Source of the DNA: an uncultured delta proteobacterium
Lineage (GTDB): Bacteria > Desulfobacterota > Binatia > UTPRO1
Direction: 5' to 3'
Assembly: GCA_963797545.1 (NCBI GenBank)
Contig: CAWCPU010000005.1
Coordinates: 254,108 to 318,107 of the forward strand
Length of the DNA stretch: 64,000 bases
Shown here: positions 42,517 through 54,654 of the stretch, in pieces
Layout of the letters: every line of letters starts with the position of its first letter
Position numbering within the stretch: position 1 is the stretch's first letter
Notes under the pieces: generated by a model
What the model saw: the letters and a program-made list of their open reading frames with translations, nothing else
The model's database searches: none
What the model was told of the DNA's origin: nothing
Made by a program: the position numbers and the translations under genes

Positions 42517-42554
42517 GGGCGGAGGCAAAAGGGGGGCCTCCGCCCTATTTTTTT
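42517..42554 (+). terminator. Intrinsic terminator-like hairpin with no upstream plus-strand gene
   Basis: GGGCGGAGGC-aaaaggggg-GCCTCCGCCC followed by TATTTTTTT. Confidence 0.6.
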
Positions 42555-42722
42555 GCCCGCCTCCATGACGGCGGCGGCGGATCGCACGCTCGGCCGCATC
42601 CGCGCGGCAGCCATCGATTGCCGCGCCTGCGCGCGCTTCCGATCCCGCTCCGGCACCTCCGTCATCAGCGCGCATCAATCACAGAGGTCGCGCGATTTCC
42701 ACCGCGCTGCTACCACGGGCGG

Positions 42723-44532
42723 ATGCCGGACGACCCATCGATCGACTCGCCCGCCGGCGCAGACGCCGGGATGCGTTGGAACCTCGAGCGGCTCTACACC
42801 GGACCGGACGACCCCGATCTCGACGCCGACACCCGCGCGGCGCACGAGCGCGCGGAGCGCTTCGCCGCCGGCTATCGCGGCCGGATCGCGGGCGGGACGC
42901 TCGAGGCGTCGGCGCTCTACGACGCGCTCGTGGAGTACGAGGCGATCCAGGCGCTCGGCGCCCGGCCTGGGTACTACGCGTCGCTGCTCGCGGCGGCGGA
43001 TACGCAAAACCCGGTCGCGCTCGATCTCGAGCAGCGCACGCACGAGGCGCAGGCCGAGCTCCGTACCGTCCTCGTCTTCTTCGAGCTCGAGCTGACCGGC
43101 GTTCCGGATGCCGCCTTCGCACGCTGGGCGGACGACCCCGCTCTCGCGAGCTACCGCCACTTCCTGCTCACCGTGCGGCGGTTCAAGCCGCATCTCCTGA
43201 GCGAGGCCGAGGAGCGCGCGCTCACCCGTAAGGACGTGAGCGGACGCGCAGCGTTCGTGCAGCTCTACGACGAGCTCAGCGGGTCGCTCCGCTTCCGTCT
43301 CGTCGTCGACGGCGAGCAGCGGGAGCTCACCGACGGCGAGGTCATGGCGCTCTTCCATCATCCCGACCGTGCGATCCGCCGACACGCTCTCGAGGTCTAC
43401 CTCGAACGCTACGCCGCCGAGCGCTTGCCGCTGACCGCGATCTTCAACGCGCTCCTCCTCGACCATCGCATCGACTGCGAGATGCGGGCGTATCGCGACC
43501 TCGCCGCGCCGACCCATCTCGCGAACGACGTCGACGCCGAGGTCGTCGGCGGCGATGATGGACGCCGTCGCGCGGCACTACGACGACGTCCGGGAGTATT
43601 TCGGCGTCAAGGCCCGGTTGCTCGGACTGCCGCGGCTCGACCTCGCGGACGTCTACGCTCCCGTCGGCGTCGCCGACGCCCGCGTGTCCTACGCCGACGC
43701 GCGCACCACCGTCCTCGACGCCTTCGCGCGCTTCACGCCGGCGTTCGCCGATCTCGCCCGCGGCTTTCTCGACGATCGCTGGGTCGACGCCGAGATGCGG
43801 CCCGGCAAGCGCCATGGCGCGTTTTGCGCCGCGCTCGCGCCCGGCGAGCATCCGTACGTCCTCATGAGCTACGCCGGCACCGGCCGCGACGTCGCGACGC
43901 TGGCGCACGAGATCGGCCACGGCGTCCACTACCTGCTGGCGGGCCGGCAGAGCTTCCTCAACTACGAGGCGCCGCTGGTGCTGGCGGAAACGGCGTCGGT
44001 GTTCGCCGAGATGCTCGTGACGGCGCACCTGGTCGCGACCGCGCCGGACGCGGCGACGCGCCGCCGCCTCCTGGTCGAGACGCTCGACGAGATCTACGGC
44101 ACGCTCTACCGCCAGCACGCATTGACCCGGTTCGAGCTCGCGGCACACGCGGCGCGACGCGAGCGCCGGCTCTCGACCGACGAGATCTGCCGTTTGTGGA
44201 CCGACGCCCAGCGCGACCTCTTCGGCGACGCCGTCGAGATCCCGGCCGCGTACCGCTTCGGGTGGGCGTACATCCCGCATTTCATCCACAGCCGCTTCTA
44301 TTGCTACGCCTACGCCTTCGGCGAGCTGCTGACGCTCGCGCTCTTCGATCGCTATCGCGCCGAGGGCGCGGCATTCGTGCCCGACTATCTCGAGCTGCTC
44401 GCAAGCGGCGGCAGCGCCGATCCGGCGTCGCTGCTGGCCCGCTTCGGCTTCGACGTGCGCTCGCCGGCGTTCTGGGATCGCGGCTGCGCGACCGTCCGGC
44501 GCATGGTCGAGGAGCTGCGCGCGACCGTCTGA
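42723..44532 (+). CDS. M3 family oligoendopeptidase F (frameshift near 43550)
   Basis: WNLERLY; RFKPHLLSEAEE; RPGKRHGAFC; TLAHEIGHGVH; LAETASVFAE; IPHFIHSRFYCYAYAFG. Confidence 0.92.
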
Positions 44533-44635
44533 CGCGGCCGCCGAAGCGCGGAACACGATCGCCGAACGCGCGGGACGCGGCTGCTCGCCGCGCGCGCGAC
44601 CCGCTCTCCCGCCTGGCGGTCTCTCGTCGACGGGC

Positions 44636-45366
44636 TCAGCGCTCGATGCGGAGCCGGGGAATCGCAAGGTCGGCGGCGACGCCCGCGCTCCGAGCGCGAT
44701 GCGGTCGCGACCGGCGATCCGCCGGCGTCGAGCGGGCGACGGCCTCCCACGGCGCGACTCGCGCGCAACAGCTCGTCGACCGCGACGCCCGCGAAGCGCG
44801 GCGCGAACCGCGCGAGCTTCCTCCGCCCGGCCGCGAGCAGCGTCGCCGCGGCCTGTTCGTTGCCGCGCTCGAGATGATGAAACGCGACGGCGATCTGTAT
44901 CAGCCCTTGCAGGAAGACGCGGCGGTCGCCGTCGGCATCCCGCCAGGCGCGCTCCAAGACCTCGTGGACCTCGAAGAAGAGATCGCGGCGCCAAAGACGC
45001 CGCCGCTTGGCGGAGGGCGATCGTCACGTGCTCGCGGGCTCCGGCGCCCGACCGCGTTCACCGCGGTGGTACTCGGCCGCGCGCGGCGGCGCCGCGCGCG
45101 AGCCGCTCGAGCGCCGCGTCGCGATGCCGCAGCAGGGCGTCGGCGGGACGCACGGTCACGTCCGCCGTCGTCGGAGCGTCGCCGACCGTGAACGCGCCGG
45201 TCGCCGCCAAGCGTCGCGCGAGCGTGCGCGGGAGACTCGCGCCGCCGGCGGCGAGCACGGCCTTCATCGCCTCGACCAGCGCGCGGTCGTGTTCGTCGTC
45301 GAGGGCGGCGACGATCGCGGACGCGACGGCGTTCCGCACGACCAGCGCCGCGGCGAGCGGGCTCAC
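44636..45366 (-). CDS. DUF309 domain protein (frameshifted)
   Basis: [12 protein letters not shown]...[19 protein letters not shown]; GTG overlaps the patatin stop. Confidence 0.75.
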
Positions 45367-46634
45367 GCGAAGAGGGCCGCGATCTCGTCCGCCTGGCGCG
45401 CGGCGTCGGCGTGACCGAGCGCGATGAGCTCGCGGGTGTACGCGGCGTCGAACAGGACGTACGAGAGCAGGTCGGCTTCCGATTCCGGAACGCCGCGCAC
45501 CGCCGAGCTGCATGACCAGGTCGGCGACCATGCGCGCCGGCCGGAACGAACGCGCCCGGCGGTTGTACGCCCGCCCGGCGAGGCGGCCGAGGTCCTCGGA
45601 CGGGCGCACCACGCATTCCCTCACGACCCGGTAGTTCGCGCCGCGGTTGGCGCGGATGATCTCGTTGATGCGCGGCAGGAACTCCGGCCCGAAGGCGGCC
45701 TCGCCGCCCGCGAGCACCGCGTTCATCAGGCGCATCCGCTGCAGGTCGTAGTCGATGTGGTCGAGGAGGAGCGCGTTCAGCACCTTGCCGAGGAGGTACG
45801 CGGGGTTGTTGTACGCGACCTCGCGTTCGCTCGCCGCTTCCTCGACGCGCGCGTCGGGCGGGTAGCGGAGCGCGATCAGCAGGAGGCGGTCGGCGCCCAG
45901 GCGAAGCGCCGGCGAGAGCGGGGTGTTCAGGCGCATGCCGCCGTCACAGTAGAAATGGCGCCCGATCCGCACCGCCGGAAAGAACAGCGGGATCGCGGCC
46001 GACGCGAGCGTGTGCAGCGGACCCGACCGCCGACAGCCGCGCGACCACGTACGGGTCGTATTCCCACGGCGTCAGCGCCACGCCGCGCCCGTCGACGAAG
46101 ACCACCGCGCGTCCGGAGGCGATCTCGGTGCACGACACGCAGAGGACGGTCCGCGAATCCCGCAGATTCGGCCGCAGCTGCCGCCACGGAATCTGCTCGC
46201 GTACCAGGTCCTCGAGCGCGGCGGTGTCGAGGAGACCGGGCAGCCGATCCGGCAGCTTGCCGCCGAGATCGCGCGGACGGCTGAACGGGCCGCCGAAGAT
46301 CCGCGACGGGAATGCGGACGAGGTCGCCGATGCTGAGGCGATACACGCTCTCGACCGAGAGCGAGTCCCAGACCGACGCCAGCCGCGCCGCGCGCGTCTC
46401 GTCGTCCTCGTGAAGCGTCGCGCACCAGTACGACGCGTGGATCGCCCCGACGGACGCGCCGCTGACGACGTCGAACGCGACGCGCCGTCCGAGCAGCTTC
46501 GGGAGCTCGCGCATGAGGTACGAGAGCACGCCCGCCTCGTAGGCGCCGCGCGCGCCGCCGCCGGAGAGCACGATCGCGATCCGCGGTCGCGGCTCGCCCG
46601 CGTCCGGCGCGCGCGCTCCGCCGGTGATCGTCAT
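45363..46634 (-). CDS. Patatin-like phospholipase (frameshifted)
   Basis: [46 protein letters not shown]. Confidence 0.9.
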
Positions 46635-46685
46635 GCGGGAGAAGATCGCGGCCCCGGCTGAACGCCGGGGCCGGAGCGCGTCGAG

Positions 46686-46759
46686 AGCGGGTGAAGGGCT
46701 TCGAACCCTCGACCCCGACCTTGGCAAGGTCGTGCTCTAGCCAACTGAGCTACACCCGC
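46686..46759 (-). tRNA. tRNA-Gly(GCC)
   Basis: GCGGGTG acceptor, CGACC-TT GCC AA-GGTCG, GAGGGTTCGAAGCCCTT. Confidence 0.96.
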
Positions 46760-46770
46760 GGAAGGACGTC

Positions 46771-46799
46771 ACCTTACGGAGCGCATGGAAGGCTGTCAA
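46771..46799 (-). promoter_or_regulatory. Sigma70 promoter of tRNA-Gly
   Basis: TTGACA-N17-TAAGGT 11 nt upstream of the tRNA. Confidence 0.65.
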
Positions 46800-46829
46800 T
46801 CATCGCGCGGCGTCGCGCGGCCGCGTGCG

Positions 46830-47474
46830 TCAGCCATCGACGGCGCCGCGCAGCGCGCGCAGCCGACGATACACGCGCACGTGATAGTCGGCCGCCGACC
46901 ACAGGCTGATGAGCACCGAGATCCACAGGAAGTACATGCCGGCGACGTGGAAATCGACGTAGGCATAGCGGTAGTGCAGCAGCAGACCGACGAGGGCGAA
47001 CATCTGGAAGATCATCTTGTACTTTCCGAGCTCCTCGGCGCCGACCACGATGCCCTCGCCGAGGGCGATCGCGCGGAGACCCGTCACCGCCAGCTCCCGG
47101 CCGACGATCACGACCACGAGCCAAGCCGGCACGCGCGGCTCGCACGGCGCCACGTCGGCGCACGGCATCGCCGCCAGCATGATCAGCGCCGAGGCGACGA
47201 TCAGCTTGTCCGCGAGCGGGTCGAGGAACTTCCCGAGCGTCGTGACGATGCCGTACTTCCGCGCCAGAAAGCCGTCGTAGTAGTCCGTCAGGCAGGCGAC
47301 GAAGAAGAGCAGCGCCGCGAGGAATCCCGCGCGCCGCCCGGGATCGTTCATCAGGTACACGATCGCGGGGATGATCGCGATGCGGAGCGAGGTGAGGACG
47401 TTCGGCGCCGTCCACACCAACGCCGGCCGGCGCAGCGGCAGCGGCCGGGTGTCCGCCGAGGGCGAAGGGGTCAC
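46830..47474 (-). CDS. pgsA: CDP-diacylglycerol--glycerol-3-phosphate 3-phosphatidyltransferase
   Basis: PNVLTSLRI, TDYYDGFLARK, LGKFLDPLADK, RELAVTGLR, GKYK. Confidence 0.95.
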   Translation of the reverse strand: MTPSPSADTRPLPLRRPALVWTAPNVLTSLRIAIIPAIVYLMNDPGRRAGFLAALLFFVACLTDYYDGFLARKYGIVTTLGKFLDPLADKLIVASALIMLAAMPCADVAPCEPRVPAWLVVVIVGRELAVTGLRAIALGEGIVVGAEELGKYKMIFQMFALVGLLLHYRYAYVDFHVAGMYFLWISVLISLWSAADYHVRVYRRLRALRGAVDG

Positions 47475-47579
47475 TGCCCTACCCCCGCGCCGACGCGGCG
47501 CCGCGCCGCACCGGCGACGTCGCCGTCAGGCACCACGACCTCGTCGAGCCGAGCAGCGCGCGAGCGCTCCGGCGCTCGA

Positions 47580-48230
47580 TCAATGCGCGAGCGCGAAGGC
47601 TTGCTGGAGGAAGTGCTGGCGGAACTGGAGCACGCGCCAGACGTACTCGCGCGTCTCCTGGTATGGGGGAACGCCGCCGTAGCGATCGACGGCTTCCTCG
47701 CCGGCGTTGTACGCCGCGATCGCCTTCACGACGTTGCCGTCGTAGCGATCGAGCAGCATGCGGAGATGCTGCACGCCGCCGCGGATGTTGTCGGCGGGCT
47801 CGTGGACGTTGCATACGTTGTGGCGCAGCGCCGTCTCCGGCATCAGCTGCATCAAGCCGCGCGCGCCTTTCGGCGAGATCGCGTCGGTCCGGAACGCCGA
47901 CTCCGCCTTGATCACCGCCTTCACCAGCGCCTGCTCGACGCGATACCGGCCCGCGACCTCGGCGATGATCGGATCGTATTTCCGCGCGTCCGCGGCCCCG
48001 CCGACGCGCCCGGCGCTGAACCCGCTCGCGCGCACCCCGACCGGGTCGCGCATCATGATCTTGAACGACTTGTCGGTGGGAACGTTGGTGAAGTGCAGCA
48101 CGCCGTAGCGATCGCGCTTGGAGTAGATGTCCGCCGCGACCGCGTTCGGTGAGAGCAATGAGATGAGCGGAAGGAGCAGCGATCCACAGAGCAGAACCGC
48201 GACCCGTCCCCTGACCCGCACCCCCAGCAT
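47580..48230 (-). CDS. SLT-family lytic transglycosylase with DUF4124-like N-terminus
   Basis: VIKAESAF, SPKGARGLMQLMP, AAYNAG, VPPYQETREYV. Confidence 0.92.
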   Translation of the reverse strand: MLGVRVRGRVAVLLCGSLLLPLISLLSPNAVAADIYSKRDRYGVLHFTNVPTDKSFKIMMRDPVGVRASGFSAGRVGGAADARKYDPIIAEVAGRYRVEQALVKAVIKAESAFRTDAISPKGARGLMQLMPETALRHNVCNVHEPADNIRGGVQHLRMLLDRYDGNVVKAIAAYNAGEEAVDRYGGVPPYQETREYVWRVLQFRQHFLQQAFALAH

Positions 48231-48332
48231 CGCGCGTCACCATAGTCAACGCCGTCGACGCGCGTCAACGCGTAAACGTACCCGATCGACGTTTTTTTCA
48301 CGCGCGGCCATACCTGCCGATGCGATCGCCGG

Positions 48333-49949
48333 TCAGAGATCTGACGGCGCGACGATGGTGTCGTGCCGCCAATGCGCGTCGTCGCGCTCCGGGTAGTCGA
48401 GGGTGAAGTGCAGGCCGCGGCTCTCGCGCCGCAGCAGCGCCGAGCGGACGATGAGCTCCGCCACCGTGGCGATGTTGCGGAGCTCGAGGAGATCGTCGGT
48501 GACGAGGAAGTCCCAGTAGTACTCGCGGATCTCGTCCTGCAGCATCGCGATCCGCTTGCGGGCGCGCTCGAGCCTGCGGTTCGAGCGCACGATGCCGACG
48601 AAGTTCCACATCGTGCGCCGCACCTCGTCCCAGTTCTGCGTCACCACGACCGACTCGTCGCTGTTGACCGCCGTGCCGGGATTCCAGTCCGGCAGCGCCG
48701 GCGGAACCGCCGAGTCGCTCGCGAGCGTGGCGCGCGCGTGCACCGCGGCGCGATGCCCGAACACCAGCGCCTCGAGCAGCGAGTTCGAGGCGAGCCGGTT
48801 GGCGCCGTGCAGTCCCGTCATCGCGACCTCGCCGCAGGCATAGAGCCGGCCGAGCCGCGTCAGGCCGTCGCGGTCGGTGACGACGCCGCCGCAGAGGTAG
48901 TGCGCCGCCGGCACGACCGGGATCCACTCGCGCGTCGGATCGATGCCGAGCTCGCGGCAGCGGCGGACGATGTTCGGAAACCGCTCCTCGACCCAGCTCG
49001 CGGGCTCGTGCGTGATGTCGAGATAGACGTGCTCGCAGCCGCGGACCTTCATCTCGTGGTCGATCGCGCGTGCGACGACGTCGCGCGGCGCGAGCTCCGC
49101 GTCCGGGTGGTAGCTACGCATGAACGGCAGGCCGTTCGGCAGCCGCAGGATCGCGCCCTCGCCGCGCAGCGCCTCGGTGATCAAAAACGACTTCGCCTTG
49201 GGGTGATAGAGGCAGGTCGGGTGGAACTGGAAGAACTCCATGTTGCCGACGGCGGCGCCGGCGCGGAAGCCGATCGCGACGCCGTCGCCGGTCGCGACGT
49301 CGGGGTTGGTCGTGTAGAGGTACACCTTGCCGGCGCCGCCGGTGCAGAGCACGGTGACGCGCGCGCCGACCGTGCGGACCGCGCCGCTGCGCCGATCGTA
49401 GACGTACGCGCCCCAGCAGCTCACGCGTCCGCTGGCGCGGCCGAGCTTGCGGTCGGTCAGGAGATCCACCGCGAGCGCGTTCTCGAAGATCGTGATGTTG
49501 GGGTGACGGCGAACCGCGACCGTCAGCGCGCGCACGATCTCCTGGCCGGTGAGATCGCCGGCGTGGAGCACGCGGCGTCGCGAGTGGCCGCCCTCGCGCC
49601 CGAGGTCGTACTCGACGGCGTCGCCCTCGACGCGCGAGTCGAAGTGGGTGCCGAGCGCGATCAGGTCGCGGATGCGCTCCGGCCCGTCGCGGACGACGAT
49701 CTCGACGATGTCCTCGTGGCACAGACCGGCCCCGGCCGCGAGCGTGTCGCCGATGTGGGCCTCGAAGGAATCCTCGGGGCTCCACACGCTCGCGACGCCG
49801 CCCTGAGCGTACGACGAGTTGCTCTCGTCGCTGCGGTCCTTGGTCACCATCGCGACGCTGCCGTGATCGGCGACGCCGAGCGCGAAGGTCAGGCCCGCGA
49901 TGCCACTGCCGATGACGAGGTAATCCCAGTGCTCGCTGGGAGGGGCCAT
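48333..49949 (-). CDS. nadB: L-aspartate oxidase
   Basis: GSGIAG, YAQGG, REGGHS, QFHPT, EALRGEG, ELAPRDVVAR, PAAHYLCGG, GLHGANRLASNSLLE. Confidence 0.96.
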   Translation of the reverse strand: MAPPSEHWDYLVIGSGIAGLTFALGVADHGSVAMVTKDRSDESNSSYAQGGVASVWSPEDSFEAHIGDTLAAGAGLCHEDIVEIVVRDGPERIRDLIALGTHFDSRVEGDAVEYDLGREGGHSRRRVLHAGDLTGQEIVRALTVAVRRHPNITIFENALAVDLLTDRKLGRASGRVSCWGAYVYDRRSGAVRTVGARVTVLCTGGAGKVYLYTTNPDVATGDGVAIGFRAGAAVGNMEFFQFHPTCLYHPKAKSFLITEALRGEGAILRLPNGLPFMRSYHPDAELAPRDVVARAIDHEMKVRGCEHVYLDITHEPASWVEERFPNIVRRCRELGIDPTREWIPVVPAAHYLCGGVVTDRDGLTRLGRLYACGEVAMTGLHGANRLASNSLLEALVFGHRAAVHARATLASDSAVPPALPDWNPGTAVNSDESVVVTQNWDEVRRTMWNFVGIVRSNRRLERARKRIAMLQDEIREYYWDFLVTDDLLELRNIATVAELIVRSALLRRESRGLHFTLDYPERDDAHWRHDTIVAPSDL

Positions 49950-50044
49950 TCAGGGCGCGAGGCTACGCCCCAGCGGAGGACGGGTCAATTCGACACGCGT
50001 GCGACGAGCGGGACGGCGGCCGAGGGACGAGCGGGCGGCGGACG

Positions 50045-51466
50045 TCAGGGCTCCTCGTCGGCCTCGAAGAGGACGAGCTGGCGGTGGTTGCCGGTGTCCT
50101 CGAACGGCACCGGGTAGCGGCCGGTGAAGCATGCGTCACAGAAGCCGTCGCGCTTGCCGTCGAGAAACGCGTACAGACCGTCCTCGCTCAGGTAGGCGAG
50201 CGAATCGGCGGTGATGTAGCGGCGGATCTCGTCGCTGTCGTGCGACGACGCGATCAGCTCGCTGCGCGTCGGCGTGTCGATGCCGTAGTAGCAAGGGCTC
50301 CGCGTCGGCGGCGAGCTGATCCGCATGTGCACCTCGCGCGCGCCGGCGGCGCGGATCATCTTGACGATCTTTCTGCTGGTGGTGCCGCGCACGATCGAGT
50401 CGTCGACGACCACCACGCGCTTGCCCTCGAGCACGCTCGGCTGCGCGTTCAGCTTCACCTTGACGCCGAAGTGCCGGATCGCGTCGCGCGGCTCGATGAA
50501 GGTGCGGCCGACGTAGTGGTTGCGGATGAGGCCCATCTCGAAGGCGAGCCGCGCCTCCTCGGCGTAGCCGATCGCCGCGGGCACGCCGGAATCCGGCACC
50601 GGCACGACGATGTCGGCGGCGACCGGCGACTCGCGCGCGAGCTGGCGCCCGAGCTCTTTCCGCGCCTGGTACACGTTGCGGCCGAAGACGATCGAGTCGG
50701 GCCGCGAGAAGTAGACGTGCTCGAAGATGCACGACGCGCGCGCCACCGGCGGGAACGGGTGGTAGGTGTCGATGCCGCCGCGCGACAGGACCACGACCTC
50801 TCCGGGCTCCACCTCGCGCTCGTACGTCGCGTCGATCAGGTCGAGCGCGCAGGTCTCGGATGCGACGACCCACGCGCCCTTCACCTGTCCGAGGACGAGC
50901 GGGCGGAACCCGTAGGGATCGCGCACCGCGATCAGCTTCTCCGGCGAGAGGAAGACCAGCGAGTACGCGCCACGCACCTGCTGGAGCGCTTCGACCACCC
51001 GGTCCTCGAGCGTCGGGGCGCGCGAGCCCGCGATCAGGTGGACGATGACCTCGGTGTCGACGGTCGACTGGAAGATCGAGCCGCGCTCCTCGAGCCGGCC
51101 GCGCAGCTCCTGCGCGTTGACGAGATTGCCGTTGTGCGCGACCGCGAGCCCGCCGCCCTCGTACTCGACGACGAGCGGCTGCGCGTTCTTCACGTGCGAC
51201 GCGCCGGTCGTGGAGTAGCGGTTGTGGCCGATCGCGGCGTCGCCCTTGAGGCGGCGGACGATGTGCTCGGGAAAGACGTCGGCGACGAGCCCGACGCCGC
51301 GATGCGAGACCAGCACGTGACCGTCGGACGAGACGATTCCCGCCGACTCCTGGCCGCGGTGCTGGAGCGCGCACAGCCCGAGGTAGGCGAGGTTCGCCGC
51401 TTCGGGATGTCCGTAGACCCCGACGACACCGCACTCCTCGTGGAACCCGTCGCCGTTGCGCGCCAT
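50045..51466 (-). CDS. purF: Amidophosphoribosyltransferase
   Basis: [40 protein letters not shown]. Confidence 0.97.
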   Translation of the reverse strand: MARNGDGFHEECGVVGVYGHPEAANLAYLGLCALQHRGQESAGIVSSDGHVLVSHRGVGLVADVFPEHIVRRLKGDAAIGHNRYSTTGASHVKNAQPLVVEYEGGGLAVAHNGNLVNAQELRGRLEERGSIFQSTVDTEVIVHLIAGSRAPTLEDRVVEALQQVRGAYSLVFLSPEKLIAVRDPYGFRPLVLGQVKGAWVVASETCALDLIDATYEREVEPGEVVVLSRGGIDTYHPFPPVARASCIFEHVYFSRPDSIVFGRNVYQARKELGRQLARESPVAADIVVPVPDSGVPAAIGYAEEARLAFEMGLIRNHYVGRTFIEPRDAIRHFGVKVKLNAQPSVLEGKRVVVVDDSIVRGTTSRKIVKMIRAAGAREVHMRISSPPTRSPCYYGIDTPTRSELIASSHDSDEIRRYITADSLAYLSEDGLYAFLDGKRDGFCDACFTGRYPVPFEDTGNHRQLVLFEADEEP

Positions 51467-51550
51467 GCGAGACTCCTCGGAGATCGAGCTCTCGGTACCG
51501 CCGGACGGTCGTGCGGCCGAACGCTCACGCGGAGGGACTCCTTGGGAATA

Positions 51551-53783
51551 TCACTCCGCGGTCTGACCCGCGAGCACTCGTTCGAGGCCGGTGCGCCAGC
51601 GCTCGCGCAGCGCGACCACGTCCACGTCGATCCAGTCGCCGATCTCGAGCCGTTGACCCCGCACCTCGCCGAGCACCGCCATCGGCACGTCCTCGCGTCG
51701 CGCGATCTCGCGCAGCCGGCCGAGATGACGGCGCCGGACCGAGACGACGAGGCGCGCCTGGCTCTCGCCGAAGAGCAGCGCGTCCGGCCGCAGCCCGGTC
51801 TCGATGTCGATGCTTCGCGCCGAGCACGCGGCCGCCCTCGTCCGAGATGCAGCACTCCGCGAGGGCGACCGCGAGGCCGCCTTCCGCGACGTCGTGCGCC
51901 GAGCGCAGCAGCCCTTCGCGCGCCGCCGTCACCGCGACCCGGATCAGGCGCCGCTCGCTGTCGAGGTCGACCCACGGCAGCGACCCGCGCACCTGATGAT
52001 GCACGACCGCGAGGTACTCGCTGCCGCCGAGCTCCTCGCGATTGCGGCCGAGCAGGACGACGGCGTCGCCCTCGCCCTTGAACCACTGGGTGACGCGCTG
52101 GCTCGCGTCCTCGAGCAATCCGACCATGCCGATCACCGGCGTCGGCGGGATGCTCTGGCCTTCGGTCTCGTTGTAGAAGCTCACGTTGCCGCTCACGACC
52201 GGCGTGCCGAAGGCGAGGCAGGCGTCGCGCAGGCCGGCGATCACCTGCTGGAACTGCCACATGACGTCCGGCTTCTCCGGGTTGCCGAAGTTGAGGCAGT
52301 TGGTGACGCCGATCGGCTCGGCGCCGGTCGCGGCGAGATTGCGCGCCGCCTCCGCGACCGCGCTGACGGTGCCGACGTACGGATCGAGGAGGCACAGACG
52401 GCTGTTGCAGTCGAGCGTCATCGCGATCGCCTTCTGCGTGCCCGGCAGGCGGACGACCGCCGCGTCCGATCCGGGCCGGACGATCGATCCGCCGCCGACG
52501 TAGGTGTCGTACTGGCGGTAGATCCACTCCCGCGACGCGAGATTCGGCGACTCCAGCAGGCGCTCGAGCGCGTGCGTGTAGTCGCCGGGCTCGGCGAGGT
52601 CGCGCAGGACCAGCCGCTGGGGGTCGTCGCCGTCGGTCGGCTCGAGCGCCGGCCGGTCGTAGACCGGCGCGTCCGTCGTCAGCGCCGCGACCGGGATGTC
52701 GACGACGCGACGGCCCTGCCAGTCGGCGCGCAGCCGGCCGCTGTCGGTGACGGCGCCGATCACCGCCGCGTCCAGGTCCCAGCGCGCGAACAGCGCTTGC
52801 ACGGCCGCTTCCGAGCCTTGCCGGACGACGAGCAGCATGCGCTCCTGCGACTCCGAGAGCAGGATCTCGTACGGCGTCATGCCGTCCTCGCGAAGCGGAA
52901 CCCGCGACAGGTCGAGATCGATGCCGACGCCGCCGCGGCCCGCCATCTCGGCCGACGAGCTGGTGAGACCGGCGGCGCCCATGTCCTGGATCGCGACCAG
53001 GTGCGCGCTGTGCGCGGGGGACATCAGCTCGAGGCACGCCTCGAGCAAGAGCTTCTCGGTGAACGGATCGCCGACTTGCACCGTCGGCCGCTTGCTTTCC
53101 GCCTCGGCGCCGAACTCGGCCGAGGCGAGCAGGCTGGCGCCGTGGATCCCGTCGCGCCCGGTCTTCGAGCCGACGTACATCACCGGGTTGCCGATCCCGG
53201 CGGCCTCGGCGCGGAAGATGCGGTCCGCGGACACCACCCCGAGCGTGAAGGCGTTCACCAGGATGTTGTGGTCGTACCCCGGGTCGAAATAGACCTCGCC
53301 GCCGACCGTCGGCACGCCGATGCAGTTGCCGTAGTGGGCGATGCCGGCGACCACGCCGCGGAGCAGGTAGGGCGTGCGCGCGTGCGCGACGCCGCCGAAG
53401 CGCAGCGAGTTCAGGTTCGCGATCGGCCGCGCGCCCATCGTGAAGATGTCGCGCAGGATGCCGCCGACGCCGGTGGCGGCGCCCTGGAACGGCTCGACGA
53501 ACGACGGATGGTTGTGGCTCTCGATCTTGAAGACCACCGCCAGGCCGTCGCCGACGTCGAGGGCGCCGGCGTTCTCGCCGGGCCCTTGCAGCACGCGCGC
53601 GCCGGTGGTCGGCAGCTGCCGGAGATGCGTGCGGGAGCTCTTGTAGCTGCAATGCTCCGACCACATCACCGAGAAGACGCCGAGCTCCTCGAACGTCGGC
53701 GCGCGTCCGAGCGCCGCCTCGATGCGCGCGTACTCGTCTGCGGTCAGCCCGTGCTGGAGCGCGGTCTCGACGGTGATCTGCAT
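51551..53783 (-). CDS. purL: Phosphoribosylformylglycinamidine synthase PurL (frameshift near 51810)
   Basis: [53 protein letters not shown]. Confidence 0.96.
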
Positions 53784-53814
53784 GTGCGACGACCTCTGCG
53801 CGCGGGCGCGGTGG

Positions 53815-54546
53815 TTACGGTCCCGAGACGACCTTCGAGCTCGGCGCGTCGACGGCGCTCCCGGAGGACGCGATCACCGACAGGAAGATCTTGCGGCCGT
53901 CCTCGCCGCCGACGAGCCACTCGCACGCGTGCTCCGGATGCGGCATCAGGCCGAAGACGTTGCCGCGCGCGCTGCGGATGCCGGCGATCGCCGCGAGCGA
54001 GCCGTTGGGGTTCGACTCCGCCGTCACCCTGCCCTGCGCGTCGGTGTAGCGCAGCACCACCTGCCGGCCCGCTTCCAGCGCCTTGAGGGTCGCGGCGTCG
54101 GCGACGTAGCACCCCTCGCCGTGCTTGATCGGCAGGTCGAGCACGTCGCCACGCCGGCAGCGGTTGGTGAAGATCGTGTCGGCGTCCTCGACGCGGACGT
54201 GAACGCGCTCGCAGAGAAAGCTGAGCCCGCGGTTTCGAATCAACGCGCCCGGGAGGAGACCGGCCTCGCAGAGGATCTGAAAGCCGTTGCAGATGCCGAT
54301 GACGCGCCCGCCGTCGGCGGCGAACGTCTCGACGCTCCGCATGATCGGCGAGAACCGCGCCATCGCGCCGCAGCGCAGGTAGTCGCCGTACGAGAAGCCG
54401 CCCGGCAGGACGACGCAGTCGAGGCCGTCGAGCGTGGCGTCCTTGTGCCAGAGCCGCACGACCGACTCGCCGAGCAGGTGCTCGAGCACGTACGCGACCT
54501 GCGCGTCGTCGTTCGAGCCCGGAAACGTGATCACGCCCCAGCGCAT
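53815..54546 (-). CDS. purQ: PurQ glutamine amidotransferase
   Basis: [28 protein letters not shown]. Confidence 0.96.
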   Translation of the reverse strand: MRWGVITFPGSNDDAQVAYVLEHLLGESVVRLWHKDATLDGLDCVVLPGGFSYGDYLRCGAMARFSPIMRSVETFAADGGRVIGICNGFQILCEAGLLPGALIRNRGLSFLCERVHVRVEDADTIFTNRCRRGDVLDLPIKHGEGCYVADAATLKALEAGRQVVLRYTDAQGRVTAESNPNGSLAAIAGIRSARGNVFGLMPHPEHACEWLVGGEDGRKIFLSVIASSGSAVDAPSSKVVSGP

Positions 54547-54654
54547 GTCGCTCGAGTCTAGCGTGCGGCGGCGCGAACCGCGACCTGGGGAGCGGCGAGG
54601 CACACCGCACGAGACGCCGGAGCGCGCGGCGACCGCCTCAGGCGCGCGCGGCCG

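Noticed and set aside
36181-46634. Decaying genomic island suggested by many broken ORFs
   Set aside because: Breaks are simple indels like those in core genes; no integrase, transposase or att repeats seen
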